Positions 40,006 to 51,743 of a stretch of DNA of 64,000 nt are shown piece after piece. Each line of letters begins with the position of its first letter. The stretch's first letter is position 1. Position numbers and translations under genes: made by a program. The stretch comes from Candidatus Levyibacteriota bacterium (lineage in GTDB: Bacteria; Patescibacteriota; Microgenomatia; Levybacterales; UBA12049), in NCBI GenBank assembly GCA_003152105.1, contig PLZJ01000002.1:685140-749139 (forward strand), read 5' to 3'. Under the pieces are notes generated by a model that saw only the letters and a list, made by a program, of their open reading frames with translations, did not search any database and was not told where the DNA came from.

Positions 40006-41328
40006 CTTTTCTCTAATATAATTCCTAATAAATGTGCCTTGCGAAACATAAGAACCTACATTCGTAATTCCTTTTACAAATAATAGAAAATAAAAAATAG
40101 CCCCTATATTATATAAAACAAACATACACATTAAAGCTATACAAATTTTAACTGAATATTTCTTGATGAGTAATGTAATTATTTGCGATAACCCAATAGC
40201 ATACAGTGGATAGGTACTAATAAACATGCGAATACCAAAGGAAGAGCCTTGTTGCCATCCACTCCAATTCGCTATTAAATACATTTGTAATAATATAAAG
40301 ATGCTAAAAAGTGTTCCTAGGTAAGTTTGTTTTTTTATAAAAAAGAATAATCCAATGAATGCAAGTATTAATAGTGGAGTATATAGTACAAAACCTGTTT
40401 GAGAATTAAATGCTAGTCCAATTACATGAGGATTATTAAAATGAAATTGATTATCAAGCGCGTAAGGGCTTTTAAAGAAAGATCCAGTTATGTTCTTCCA
40501 TATAATCAATTCAGGAATAAATGATACGACAGTGCCAAATATAAGAAGTAAAATAGATATAAAAAATTCGATTATTTTCATTTTTTTAATTGTGATAAGT
40601 CGAGCAATATCAACAAATGGTAGAATTAAAAAAAGCAAATCTTGAGTTCTAATGAGAGCTAATATACCTACTGTAAAGCCAAGAATAAACCATTTAACAT
40701 ATGTTTGTTTTTTATGTGATTTAATAAAATACCAAAGTAAAAATGAGCTTGTTAAAAAAGATAATGGATGCGAGTTCAAAACATCTATTGATCCGTAATA
40801 AAGAAGATTAGTACCTAAAAGTAATGAAATAGATGTAATATACGAAATTGTACTATTTACATACATCTGTAAGGTTTTAATTAAAAAATATATACCTGCG
40901 ATGATAAATAGAATATTTTCTATACCTACAATAAATTGATATAAATCAGAATATCCTGAAAAAGAAAGGCTTTTATTGAATATAGTAAAGAATTTTGTTA
41001 GAAAATCCGCGAAAATAAATCCAAAAACCCAAGTAATTGACGAACCGGGAGGATACTGATACCAAGATATCTTATCAATTTTAAGATGGCTGTTGTTTGT
41101 TGGTTTTAGAGTATTATTATTTTGTGGGCTATAGATGTGTTCTAAGCCGTTGTAGAGATTTAAATCGTGATTAAAGTATAAAGCGTGAGCGTAGCTCCAA
41201 TAATAAATTCCATCTCCATAGATTGCTTGTCCAACAATTCTAAAATGAACATAAAACAATAAAAAAAATACCAAAAACAATGAAATTAACAATTTCTTCA
41301 TGGCTGTATTTATGATAGCATATAACAA
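40000..41328 (-). CDS. Polytopic membrane protein, ArnT/PMT_2-like GT-C glycosyltransferase
   Basis: GDGIYYWSYAHAL ... YPPGSSITWVFGF fits the first-loop motif. The real start may be M10 (MKKLLISLF). Confidence 0.4.
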   Translation of the reverse strand: MLYAIINTAMKKLLISLFLVFFLLFYVHFRIVGQAIYGDGIYYWSYAHALYFNHDLNLYNGLEHIYSPQNNNTLKPTNNSHLKIDKISWYQYPPGSSITWVFGFIFADFLTKFFTIFNKSLSFSGYSDLYQFIVGIENILFIIAGIYFLIKTLQMYVNSTISYITSISLLLGTNLLYYGSIDVLNSHPLSFLTSSFLLWYFIKSHKKQTYVKWFILGFTVGILALIRTQDLLFLILPFVDIARLITIKKMKIIEFFISILLLIFGTVVSFIPELIIWKNITGSFFKSPYALDNQFHFNNPHVIGLAFNSQTGFVLYTPLLILAFIGLFFFIKKQTYLGTLFSIFILLQMYLIANWSGWQQGSSFGIRMFISTYPLYAIGLSQIITLLIKKYSVKICIALMCMFVLYNIGAIFYFLLFVKGITNVGSYVSQGTFIRNYIREKL

Positions 41329-42070
41329 GATGATTTCGGCTATAATTTTATCTCATAATTCAGAGCATTCAATAGAAAAAGCCATTAAAAGCGTTATATG
41401 GTGTGATGAAACTATACTTATTGATGATGATTCAAGTGACAAAACAACAGAAATTGCTAGTAAATATAAAATTATCATACATAAACGTAGATTAAATGAT
41501 AATTTTAGTAACCAAAGAAATTTTGGATTACAAATTGCTAAAGGAGATTGGGTGCTTTTCTTAGATTCAGATGAGATAATTTCTACTAATTTACGAAACG
41601 AAATTGTTACATGCATAAAAGAAGACAAATATAATGGATATTATATTTGTCGAGAAGATTATGTTTGGGATATAAAGTTAAAAAATAATGAAATGGGAAG
41701 AGCTTTTAGTATTAGACTTGCAAAAAGAAACAGAGGACAATGGGAGGGAATAGTTCATGAAAAATGGATAATAAGTGGTAATACTAAAAAACTAAATAAC
41801 CCCATATACCACTATCCGCATAAATCAATTTCTTATTTCATCACAAAGATAAATTATTATACGGAACTTAGATCTAAAGAATTATTTAAACGTAAAAAGA
41901 AAGTTCGTTTTTTAGATATCGCAATTTATCCATTAGTAAAATTTTTTCAAGTATATATCATTAAACATGGTTACGAAGATGGAACAGCAGGTATAATTAT
42001 TTCATTTTTAATGTCATTGCATTCTTTTTTAGTTAGAGCAAAGTTATGGCAATTATGGCAAAACCAATAA
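41300..42070 (+). CDS. GT2 glycosyltransferase (soluble GT-A)
   Basis: ISAIILSHNSEHSIEKAIKSV...DDDSSDKT...FLDSDE (DxD). The likely true start is M11 at 41330. Confidence 0.65.
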   Translation: MAVFMIAYNKMISAIILSHNSEHSIEKAIKSVIWCDETILIDDDSSDKTTEIASKYKIIIHKRRLNDNFSNQRNFGLQIAKGDWVLFLDSDEIISTNLRNEIVTCIKEDKYNGYYICREDYVWDIKLKNNEMGRAFSIRLAKRNRGQWEGIVHEKWIISGNTKKLNNPIYHYPHKSISYFITKINYYTELRSKELFKRKKKVRFLDIAIYPLVKFFQVYIIKHGYEDGTAGIIISFLMSLHSFLVRAKLWQLWQNQ

Positions 42071-43497
42071 AGAATTATTTTATTTATATATCTTTAACAT
42101 TTTTAATATTTATTATAGCCATTGCATTTAATATATCTCCTTACTTACGAGGTCCTGGACCGTACCCACCAGATTGGCGCTGGGCTTATTTGTTTGCTAA
42201 CACTATTTATAAAATTTGGGCTCCATTAATTATATTAGTGGTGATAGGAATTTTGATAAAAATTGTTGAGGAACTTGAATTTAAGACATTAATTAAAAAC
42301 ACTAAAATTATAGTTGTATTATTTATTATTAGTTCATTTTTATTTCAAATTAGCATAGTATATTTCAGTAGATCTGGGATTGGTGTTTTATTACATAGAA
42401 TTATTGATCCAAATTTAAATGGATATTTTACTACTTCTTTGCATATTACAAATATTAATACATTTTTAAGCGGCTATTCTCAAAATGTGTTATCTTTTTC
42501 AATGCACGCACAAGGTCATCCGCCTGGAGCGATATTGCTTTACTATTTACTAAACCAAATTTTTAGCCATTTTACATTATTTAATAAGTTCGTAACTTCA
42601 ATACATATTCAGCACCAAGATGTAAATATAGTATGGTCAAATCTTAATACAAGTCAAAAATCTACTGCAATTTTTAGCATGATATTAATTCCTTTTTTAT
42701 CTTCATTGGTTCTCATACCAATCTATTTAAGCACAAAAGCTCTGTATGATATAAAAACAGCTTTAAGAGCGGTTCAGTTATATATATTTATACCTTCAAT
42801 TGTGTTATTTATTCCAATAAATGATGTATTTTTACCACTGTTTACGATGTTTTCATTCACTTTATTAATTTTTGGATTGAAATCACAAAAGTCCTATTTG
42901 GTTTTTCTGTCTGGAATTATTTTTTCATTAGGATTATTTTTTAGTATTTCTATATTACCTGTATTATTAATAATGTTTCTATTTCTTTATTTGTTTAATT
43001 ATAAAAAAAGTATAGCAGCTGGTCTTGTGTTTTATGTAGCAGGTTTACTAGTTGTTCCATTTATATTACTTTTAAACGCAATAGATCCATTGAAAATGTT
43101 TCTTGTCCTAATGAGCGGGCTTCCTAAAGGGAGAAAGTATAGTACTTGGATTGTTTACAATATATATGATTTTTATATTTTTTCTGGTATTCCAGTTCTT
43201 GTATTATTTTTTATATATTTGTGTAACTCTTGTAAACAATTATTTAAGAAAAAAATTCTAAGAGTAGATCTTTTATTTTTAAGTTTTATATTAATGGTTG
43301 TGCTACTAGATGTTTCAGGTAGTGTTAGAGGAGAGGCTGCAAGAATCTGGATACCATTTTATTCATTTTTAGTAATAATCATATCCAAATTTATAACACA
43401 AGATTTACAAATCAACAAAAAATATTTTATGTTCTTGATTTTACTCCAATGTATTCAAATTATTGTAATGCAAGAATTTTGGGTAACCTTATGGTAA
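42046..43497 (+). CDS. Polytopic membrane protein, hypothetical (GT-C-like?)
   Basis: 483 aa, about 12 TM. PYPPDWRWAY near the N-terminus. Confidence 0.35.
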   Translation: MAIMAKPIKNYFIYISLTFLIFIIAIAFNISPYLRGPGPYPPDWRWAYLFANTIYKIWAPLIILVVIGILIKIVEELEFKTLIKNTKIIVVLFIISSFLFQISIVYFSRSGIGVLLHRIIDPNLNGYFTTSLHITNINTFLSGYSQNVLSFSMHAQGHPPGAILLYYLLNQIFSHFTLFNKFVTSIHIQHQDVNIVWSNLNTSQKSTAIFSMILIPFLSSLVLIPIYLSTKALYDIKTALRAVQLYIFIPSIVLFIPINDVFLPLFTMFSFTLLIFGLKSQKSYLVFLSGIIFSLGLFFSISILPVLLIMFLFLYLFNYKKSIAAGLVFYVAGLLVVPFILLLNAIDPLKMFLVLMSGLPKGRKYSTWIVYNIYDFYIFSGIPVLVLFFIYLCNSCKQLFKKKILRVDLLFLSFILMVVLLDVSGSVRGEAARIWIPFYSFLVIIISKFITQDLQINKKYFMFLILLQCIQIIVMQEFWVTLW

Positions 43498-43588
43498 AGA
43501 AAAGATATATATTACAATTGCTATTTATGCTTTATGCAGTTTTCTTATTAGTATTTTACTTATTTTATTTATACTGCCGTGTAAAAAT

Positions 43589-45142
43589 ATGTATCTATTT
43601 GCCTTAAGTATTGGATTATACTCATATGTCATTTTTGCACTTGGTTTGTTAGGACTAATAAATAAAGTTAGTATTTTTATTGCAACAACACTTTATGTTG
43701 CAGTAGTTCTATATGCCTTAGCTGAGAAAATACACTTTAAAAATTCTTTTCCAATATCTCTAAATAAAAAGAATAATATATACTTATTGCTTTTGAGTTT
43801 GTTAATTTGCGTTAATATAGTTGGTGTATTAGGACCTGAACTTTCTTTTGATTCACTTTGGTATCATTTAGTATTTCCAAAATTATATATTTTCTATCAT
43901 ACAATAACGTATATACCCGGTGGTCTACTTTATTATAGTACTATGCCTAAACTTGGAGAAATGTTATTTATTCCTATTTTGCTTTTTTCAAATGAATTAT
44001 TTGTTAAAGGCATAGAATTTTTATTTGGACTAGCAGTTGTACTATGTCTTTATAAATTTGCGAGGCAATATTTTTCGAGCACCATTTCAATACTTGTTTG
44101 CATAGTTTTTTATAGTAATCTAGTTGTTTCGTGGGAATCTATTACCTCGTATACTGATTTAATTTGGACTTTCTTTAGCATACTTGCTTTTATGTCATTT
44201 ATTTCTTGGAGTAAATCAAAAAATATTAAATTTTTGATATTTTCTTCATTATTAACAGGATTTGCCATAACGACAAAAGTTATTGCGATTGAAGCAATTT
44301 TGCCTTATATTCTCCTTCTTGCAACGCAAAGTAAGTCCTACAAATCTATCTATGTTATTTTATTATATACAGGAGGATGCTTACTTATACCACTACCTTG
44401 GTTTGTATTTTCTTATATGCATACGGGTAATGCATTTTACCCTTTCTTTTCAGAATTATACCCCATTCATATAATTAGGCTTAATTTGTATACAATATTA
44501 AAACTAATACTAACTCCTGCAGATCCTATTTCCCCTATTTATATAATAGTTATTCCATTTATTTTTGCGTATTTTTCAAAATTTAGATCTGAATTTAAAA
44601 TAGCAACAATCTTTGCTTTTACTATATTCTTACTTTGGATTTTTATACCACAAGATGGAGATACTCGCTTCTTAATGCCATATTTACCTGTATTTTCCTT
44701 GATTGTTGGAGAAATACTTTATTTATCGAAAAAAAGTTCATATTTTACCTTGTTAAGTTTTATTATTATTTTAATTTGTATAGTAAGTATTACATATCGT
44801 TCATTAGCAAATATCAAATATATACCATATATTTTAGGAGTTGAGTCTAAAAGTGAATTTTTATTAAACAATTTGAATTTTAAATATGGTGATTTTTATG
44901 ATACTGATGATTACTTTGCAATTCATATACATAAAAATGTTTTGCTATACGGTTTTCATAATTTATATTACATTGATTTTCCTTTTATTGACAATACCTG
45001 GATTAAAAAGGGAGACAAATTTTATTATGTAGCTGTACAACATGGTACAATACCTAGGTTATTCCACAAAGCTACATTAACCTACATAAATAGAGTCACT
45101 GATGTACGGTTATACTTTGTTGGAAAAACAGTTTGGAAATGA
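43589..45142 (+). CDS. Polytopic membrane protein, PMT_2-like GT-C glycosyltransferase
   Basis: LSFDSLWYHLVFPKLYIF ... IPGGLLYYSTMPKLGE first-loop motif; about 13 TM; 517 aa. Confidence 0.4.
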   Translation: MYLFALSIGLYSYVIFALGLLGLINKVSIFIATTLYVAVVLYALAEKIHFKNSFPISLNKKNNIYLLLLSLLICVNIVGVLGPELSFDSLWYHLVFPKLYIFYHTITYIPGGLLYYSTMPKLGEMLFIPILLFSNELFVKGIEFLFGLAVVLCLYKFARQYFSSTISILVCIVFYSNLVVSWESITSYTDLIWTFFSILAFMSFISWSKSKNIKFLIFSSLLTGFAITTKVIAIEAILPYILLLATQSKSYKSIYVILLYTGGCLLIPLPWFVFSYMHTGNAFYPFFSELYPIHIIRLNLYTILKLILTPADPISPIYIIVIPFIFAYFSKFRSEFKIATIFAFTIFLLWIFIPQDGDTRFLMPYLPVFSLIVGEILYLSKKSSYFTLLSFIIILICIVSITYRSLANIKYIPYILGVESKSEFLLNNLNFKYGDFYDTDDYFAIHIHKNVLLYGFHNLYYIDFPFIDNTWIKKGDKFYYVAVQHGTIPRLFHKATLTYINRVTDVRLYFVGKTVWK

Positions 45143-46326
45143 AAAACGTTGCATTCTTATCTTCTTTGTTAGTTCTGACAGTTGCTTTAATTTTAAATCA
45201 ATTTGCTCGAATTCAATTTGGTTCAATTGCTATTTCACTCATAGATATTAGCGTTGTCTTTTTACTCATTAGCAGAGGTAATTTAGTAAAGGAAATTAAA
45301 AAACATCAACTATCTAAATCGATTTTATATTTTGAGGTTGCATGTTTACTATCTTTACTTCTTAATATATTTAATTTTCAATTAGTTTTAATTGTTATTG
45401 GATCATTATATTTTATGCGTTGGATAGTTTATTCGAGTGTTGTTTTCAAAATTAATGCTTATTCTAAACGTCATCAGAGATATCTTGTTAATTCCATGGT
45501 TACTATTGGCGTATTTTTACTTCTCTTAGGATTTTTGCAATATGTTTACTACGATAATTTACAAAATTTGTATTATCTAGGTTGGGATAAACATTTATAC
45601 CGATTATTTACTACTTTTCTAGATCCCAATTTCGCGGGAGCGTTTTTTTCATTATTTAGTGTTTTACTTGCAGAACTCATTTTTGTTAATTTCAATTTAA
45701 AACATACTCTGCGACTTATCGGTTATTCATATTTGTTTACGATTACTTGTTTAGCGCTGTTTCTTACGTACTCCAGAAGTGCATTATTAATGTTTCTCTT
45801 TATTTTTATAATATATTTCTTCTTAAAAAGAAAGCTGCGATTTATTTTTGGCATAGTAATGTTGCTTTTAATTTATTTTATGATTGCATCTACTAAATTT
45901 AGTGTTGAAGGATTTAATTTATTAAGAAGCGTATCTTCAGAAGCACGACTGGCAACAAGTTCCGAAGCTATTACTATATTTTTACACAATCCAATAATTG
46001 GTATAGGATTTAACACATATAGATATGAACAAGTAAAATATGGATATAGGAGTATTAAAGGAGCAAGCATCAGTCACTCTGATGCTGGTGTGGACAATAG
46101 TTTTCTATTCATATTAGCAACAACGGGAATCGTTGGTTTTTTATTTTACTTCAATTTATTGTACGCAATATGCAGTTATTTATATAAGAAAAAAACTTCT
46201 TTCTCAATTATTGCACTTTCTTCATTATTTGGATTATTAATCGATAGCATTTTTATTAATAGTTTATTTTATCCGTTTTTTATGATTTGGTTATGGTGTT
46301 TGATAGGGCTTAGGGATTATATGTAA
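45133..46326 (+). CDS. Wzy_C-domain membrane protein (O-antigen ligase / polymerase / PglL-like O-oligosaccharyltransferase family)
   Basis: LFLTYSRSALLMF and a periplasmic loop between TMs, the Wzy_C signature; about 10 TM. Confidence 0.5.
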   Translation: MEMKNVAFLSSLLVLTVALILNQFARIQFGSIAISLIDISVVFLLISRGNLVKEIKKHQLSKSILYFEVACLLSLLLNIFNFQLVLIVIGSLYFMRWIVYSSVVFKINAYSKRHQRYLVNSMVTIGVFLLLLGFLQYVYYDNLQNLYYLGWDKHLYRLFTTFLDPNFAGAFFSLFSVLLAELIFVNFNLKHTLRLIGYSYLFTITCLALFLTYSRSALLMFLFIFIIYFFLKRKLRFIFGIVMLLLIYFMIASTKFSVEGFNLLRSVSSEARLATSSEAITIFLHNPIIGIGFNTYRYEQVKYGYRSIKGASISHSDAGVDNSFLFILATTGIVGFLFYFNLLYAICSYLYKKKTSFSIIALSSLFGLLIDSIFINSLFYPFFMIWLWCLIGLRDYM

Positions 46327-47035
46327 CTTTAATTTGCTTATCTGTTTTGTTTCCAGCTTGATCAGTGGATTCGATAGTAATATGAGTGTCTCCGCCGTTT
46401 TGTAAGGTAAGTATATAATTATAGTTGCCGTTCTCATCAATAGTTGCTTGATATCCGTTTACTGTTACCGTTGTATTTGGATCAGTAGTACCTTTAATAG
46501 TAATTGGATTTTGATCTTTTGAAAATGTTGAACCATCAGTTGGACTTGAGATGGTTAAGTTAGGAGGTTTGTTTAAGTAAGAAATCGATATTGTATTTGA
46601 ATTATTACTATCATTTAAATTTTTTTCCGCTTTTGCACTAAATTGGTTATTTCCTTGGGTAAGTGAGATATTCGTAAAAGTAAAACTTCCGTCAGTATTT
46701 GTACTTATATTTGTTACAAAATTGTTATTATTGTAGAGTTTTATTGTTTCTCCATTACTTGCGTTACCAGTAATAGTAATAGTATTGTTTTTTGTCGCGT
46801 TTGGAAGAGAATTTAAAGTCGGAGGAGCTATATAAGTTGGGGCAGTCGATTTGCTATTTGTAGAGAATGACGAATTTTGGCTTGAAGAAAATGAGCTAAT
46901 ACCTAGAATTAATGGAATACCAAACTTTACAACTATAATGACAACTATAATTATACCAATTATTGTAAAAATAATGTAGCGTTTGGTTTGATTTTCTAGC
47001 TTTTTTTCTAAACGTGACTCGTATCTTCTGTTCAT
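46310..47035 (-). CDS. Membrane-anchored surface protein with tandem Ig-like (Big) domains
   Basis: N-terminal TM IIFTIIGIIIVVIIVV, S/T/N-rich linker, then two beta-rich repeats (TITITGNASNGETIKLY... and ITIKGTTDPNTTVTVNGYQATIDENGNY...TDQAGN). Confidence 0.55.
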   Translation of the reverse strand: MNRRYESRLEKKLENQTKRYIIFTIIGIIIVVIIVVKFGIPLILGISSFSSSQNSSFSTNSKSTAPTYIAPPTLNSLPNATKNNTITITGNASNGETIKLYNNNNFVTNISTNTDGSFTFTNISLTQGNNQFSAKAEKNLNDSNNSNTISISYLNKPPNLTISSPTDGSTFSKDQNPITIKGTTDPNTTVTVNGYQATIDENGNYNYILTLQNGGDTHITIESTDQAGNKTDKQIKVTYNP

Positions 47036-47036
47036 G

Positions 47037-47107
47037 AGCCGATAAGCAGAATCGAACTGCTATTTAAGCTTTACGAAAGCCTTGTTCTACCATTTAACTA
47101 TATCGGC
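47037..47107 (-). tRNA. tRNA-Thr (anticodon CGU), CCA not encoded
   Basis: Reverse complement folds as acceptor GCCGATA/TATCGGC, anticodon stem AGGCT/AGCTT with loop TTCGTAA, T-arm AGCAG-TTCGATT-CTGCT, discriminator T. Confidence 0.7.
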
Positions 47108-47163
47108 ATTTTGTAGTATTGTATGAAATTTTTAGTTTTATCGCAAATATATTTGCCGATATA

Positions 47164-47571
47164 TTATTTGGGTTTATAATGTCTTGCAACTTTCAACTCT
47201 GCAATTGCACGTACAAATTCTTTTTCAATTTCAGCATAATCTATATCTCCAACCTTCTCACTCATAAGTTTTTCAGCACGTTTTTTTGCTTCTTCAGCTT
47301 TGGTTATATTAATATCTTGTGCGTGAATTGCATAATCTGCGAGAATGGTGAGTTGGTTATTGCTAACTTCTATAAAACCTCCTGTTACCGCTAAGTGCTG
47401 CGATTGCCCTTTTGTTTTAATTTCAAGTTCTCCTGGAACTAATTTAGAAAGGAGAGGAGTGTGTTCCGGTAAAACTCCTATAATACCTTCTTCTGTTGGA
47501 ATAATCACTTCATCTACCTCACCTTGGTAAATTACTTGTGATGGAGTGATGATGGATAAATGTAGTTTCAT
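47164..47571 (-). CDS. atpC: ATP synthase F1 epsilon subunit
   Basis: LSIITPSQVIYQGEVDEVIIPTEEGIIGVLPEHTPLL; operon position after beta. Confidence 0.85.
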   Translation of the reverse strand: MKLHLSIITPSQVIYQGEVDEVIIPTEEGIIGVLPEHTPLLSKLVPGELEIKTKGQSQHLAVTGGFIEVSNNQLTILADYAIHAQDINITKAEEAKKRAEKLMSEKVGDIDYAEIEKEFVRAIAELKVARHYKPK

Positions 47572-47574
47572 AGC

Positions 47575-49861
<2,287 letters not shown>

Positions 49862-49870
49862 ACGTATACG

Positions 49871-51403
49871 TTAATCTTTAAATCCTTTTTTAAATTCTTT
49901 GCTTGCTTTGTCTAACTCTTTTTTAGTATCTTCGTTAATTTTATTTCCTTCAGCGAGTGTCTTTGCAATTGATTTATAATTTTTATCAATAAAACGAATA
50001 AATTCATGAATAAATCTCACACAATTTTCAACTTTAACATCGTCTAGATAGCCCTTTGTTACAGCCCAAATACTTAGTACTTCATTATTTTCTGCTAATG
50101 GTTGATATTGCGCTTGCTTGAGTATTTCCGTAGTTCTCTGACCCCTATCAAGAAGTTTTTTAGTTGCATTATCAAGTTCACTACCAAATTGCGAAAATGC
50201 AGCCAATTCTCTATACTGCGCTAAATCTAATTTCATGCTACCAGCAACTGATTTCATTGTTCCAGTCTGCGCAGCTCCTCCGACTCTTGATACTGATATA
50301 CCAACGTTTATAGCTGGTCTAATACCTGAATTAAATAAATCAGCTTCTAAAAAGATTTGTCCATCAGTAATAGATATAACATTAGTTGGAATATAAGCTG
50401 ATACATCTCCTGCTTGTGTTTCAATGATTGGTAGAGCCGTGATAGAACCACTTCCGTTTTTCTTGTTTAACCTAACAGCTCTTTCTAAAAGTCTACTGTG
50501 TAAATAAAATACGTCTCCAGGATAAGCTTCTCGGCCCGCAGGTCTTTTTAAAACCAATGTTAGCTGTCTATATGCCCACGCGTGTTTAGTTAAATCATCA
50601 TATACAATTAACACATCTTCACCTTTTTCCATAAAATATTCAGCGATTGCAACTCCTGAATATGGTGCTAAATACTGAAGTGCTGCAGGATCAGAAGCAC
50701 TTGCTATAACGACTATTGAATATTTAATTGCTTCCGTTTCCTTTAATTTGTTTATTACTTGAGCTACCGATGTTAATTTTTGACCAATTGCGACATAAAT
50801 ACATATTACTTGCTTTAAGTTTCTTTCTTGTTTTTTTTGATTTAGGATCGTATCGATTGCGATTGCAGTTTTTCCAAGACCTCTATCTCCAATAATAAGT
50901 TCTCTTTGTCCTCTTCCAATAGGAAACATTGCATCTATTGAAGTAATACCGGTTTTTAATGGTGTATCGACTCCTTGTCTATCCACAACTCCAGCTGCAA
51001 TTTTTTCCAAAGGCATGTCTTTGCCTTTTTTAATTGATGTCTTCCCATCAAGGGGTAGTCCAAGAGGATTGACAATTCTACCCAATAATTCTTCCGAAAC
51101 TTTTATGCTTAAGATTTTTCCTGTTCTTTTTGCAATTTGCCCTTCAACGATTGATGATCCAGGACCAAGCAGTACAACTGATACATAATCTTCATCCAGT
51201 CCAAGTACTAATCCGTTTATATTTCCTTCAAATTCTATTATTTCTCCTATTTCTGCTTTTGATAACCCTGAAATGGTAATAACGCCGTCAGTATTTTTTT
51301 CTACTTTTCCAATATTTTGTACTTTGGGATCAGATGAAAATGTCTGAAGGTTTTTTTCTAATTCTTTAATAATTTCGTTATCGTTAATCATAGCTTTGTT
51401 CAA
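49871..51403 (-). CDS. atpA: ATP synthase F1 alpha subunit
   Basis: Walker A GDRGLGKTAIAIDTILNQ; 510 aa. Confidence 0.95.
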   Translation of the reverse strand: MNKAMINDNEIIKELEKNLQTFSSDPKVQNIGKVEKNTDGVITISGLSKAEIGEIIEFEGNINGLVLGLDEDYVSVVLLGPGSSIVEGQIAKRTGKILSIKVSEELLGRIVNPLGLPLDGKTSIKKGKDMPLEKIAAGVVDRQGVDTPLKTGITSIDAMFPIGRGQRELIIGDRGLGKTAIAIDTILNQKKQERNLKQVICIYVAIGQKLTSVAQVINKLKETEAIKYSIVVIASASDPAALQYLAPYSGVAIAEYFMEKGEDVLIVYDDLTKHAWAYRQLTLVLKRPAGREAYPGDVFYLHSRLLERAVRLNKKNGSGSITALPIIETQAGDVSAYIPTNVISITDGQIFLEADLFNSGIRPAINVGISVSRVGGAAQTGTMKSVAGSMKLDLAQYRELAAFSQFGSELDNATKKLLDRGQRTTEILKQAQYQPLAENNEVLSIWAVTKGYLDDVKVENCVRFIHEFIRFIDKNYKSIAKTLAEGNKINEDTKKELDKASKEFKKGFKD

Positions 51404-51740
51404 TATAGGTTATTATCTTTTGTATTCTATCACGTAAACTGACTTCATATAATAAATCGCCTACAGTAATTCGAATTCCAGGGTTTATTGATGGATTTAT
51501 ATCATAAAGTACTTTTTTATTTGGAAAAAGCGAGTGAATATTATCGCTGAAATTAGTGTCTGGCTTACTTGGTAGTGTAACATACACATTATTTGCATTT
51601 TCATTTAAACGCAATGCTTTAATAAACTGCTTTAATTCACTTCGTTTAAGTTGTCCTGCTATTAATGATGTTTTATTTCTATCAAGAACAGCATTTGAGT
51701 AACTTTGAGACAATAATTTTTGTAATTGTTTTTTTGTCAT
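51384..51740 (-). CDS. atpH: ATP synthase delta (OSCP) subunit, unusually short
   Basis: C-terminal INPSINPGIRITVGDLLYEVSLRDRIQKI matches the delta C-terminal signature. Only 118 aa (usually about 175); positioned between b and alpha. Confidence 0.65.
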   Translation of the reverse strand: MTKKQLQKLLSQSYSNAVLDRNKTSLIAGQLKRSELKQFIKALRLNENANNVYVTLPSKPDTNFSDNIHSLFPNKKVLYDINPSINPGIRITVGDLLYEVSLRDRIQKIITYIEQSYD

Positions 51741-51743
51741 ATA

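Noticed and set aside
12021-46326. STT3/AglB/PglB-type oligosaccharyltransferase among the large membrane proteins
   Set aside because: I looked for the WWDYG motif and the characteristic C-terminal periplasmic domain and did not see WWDxG in any of the polytopic proteins. They fit ArnT/PMT_2 and YfhO-like families better.
47119-47530. Plus-strand ORFs (91 and 61 aa) antisense to atpC
   Set aside because: They lie fully inside the well-supported atpC coding region on the opposite strand, and their Cys/Phe-rich low-complexity translations are typical of spurious antisense frames.
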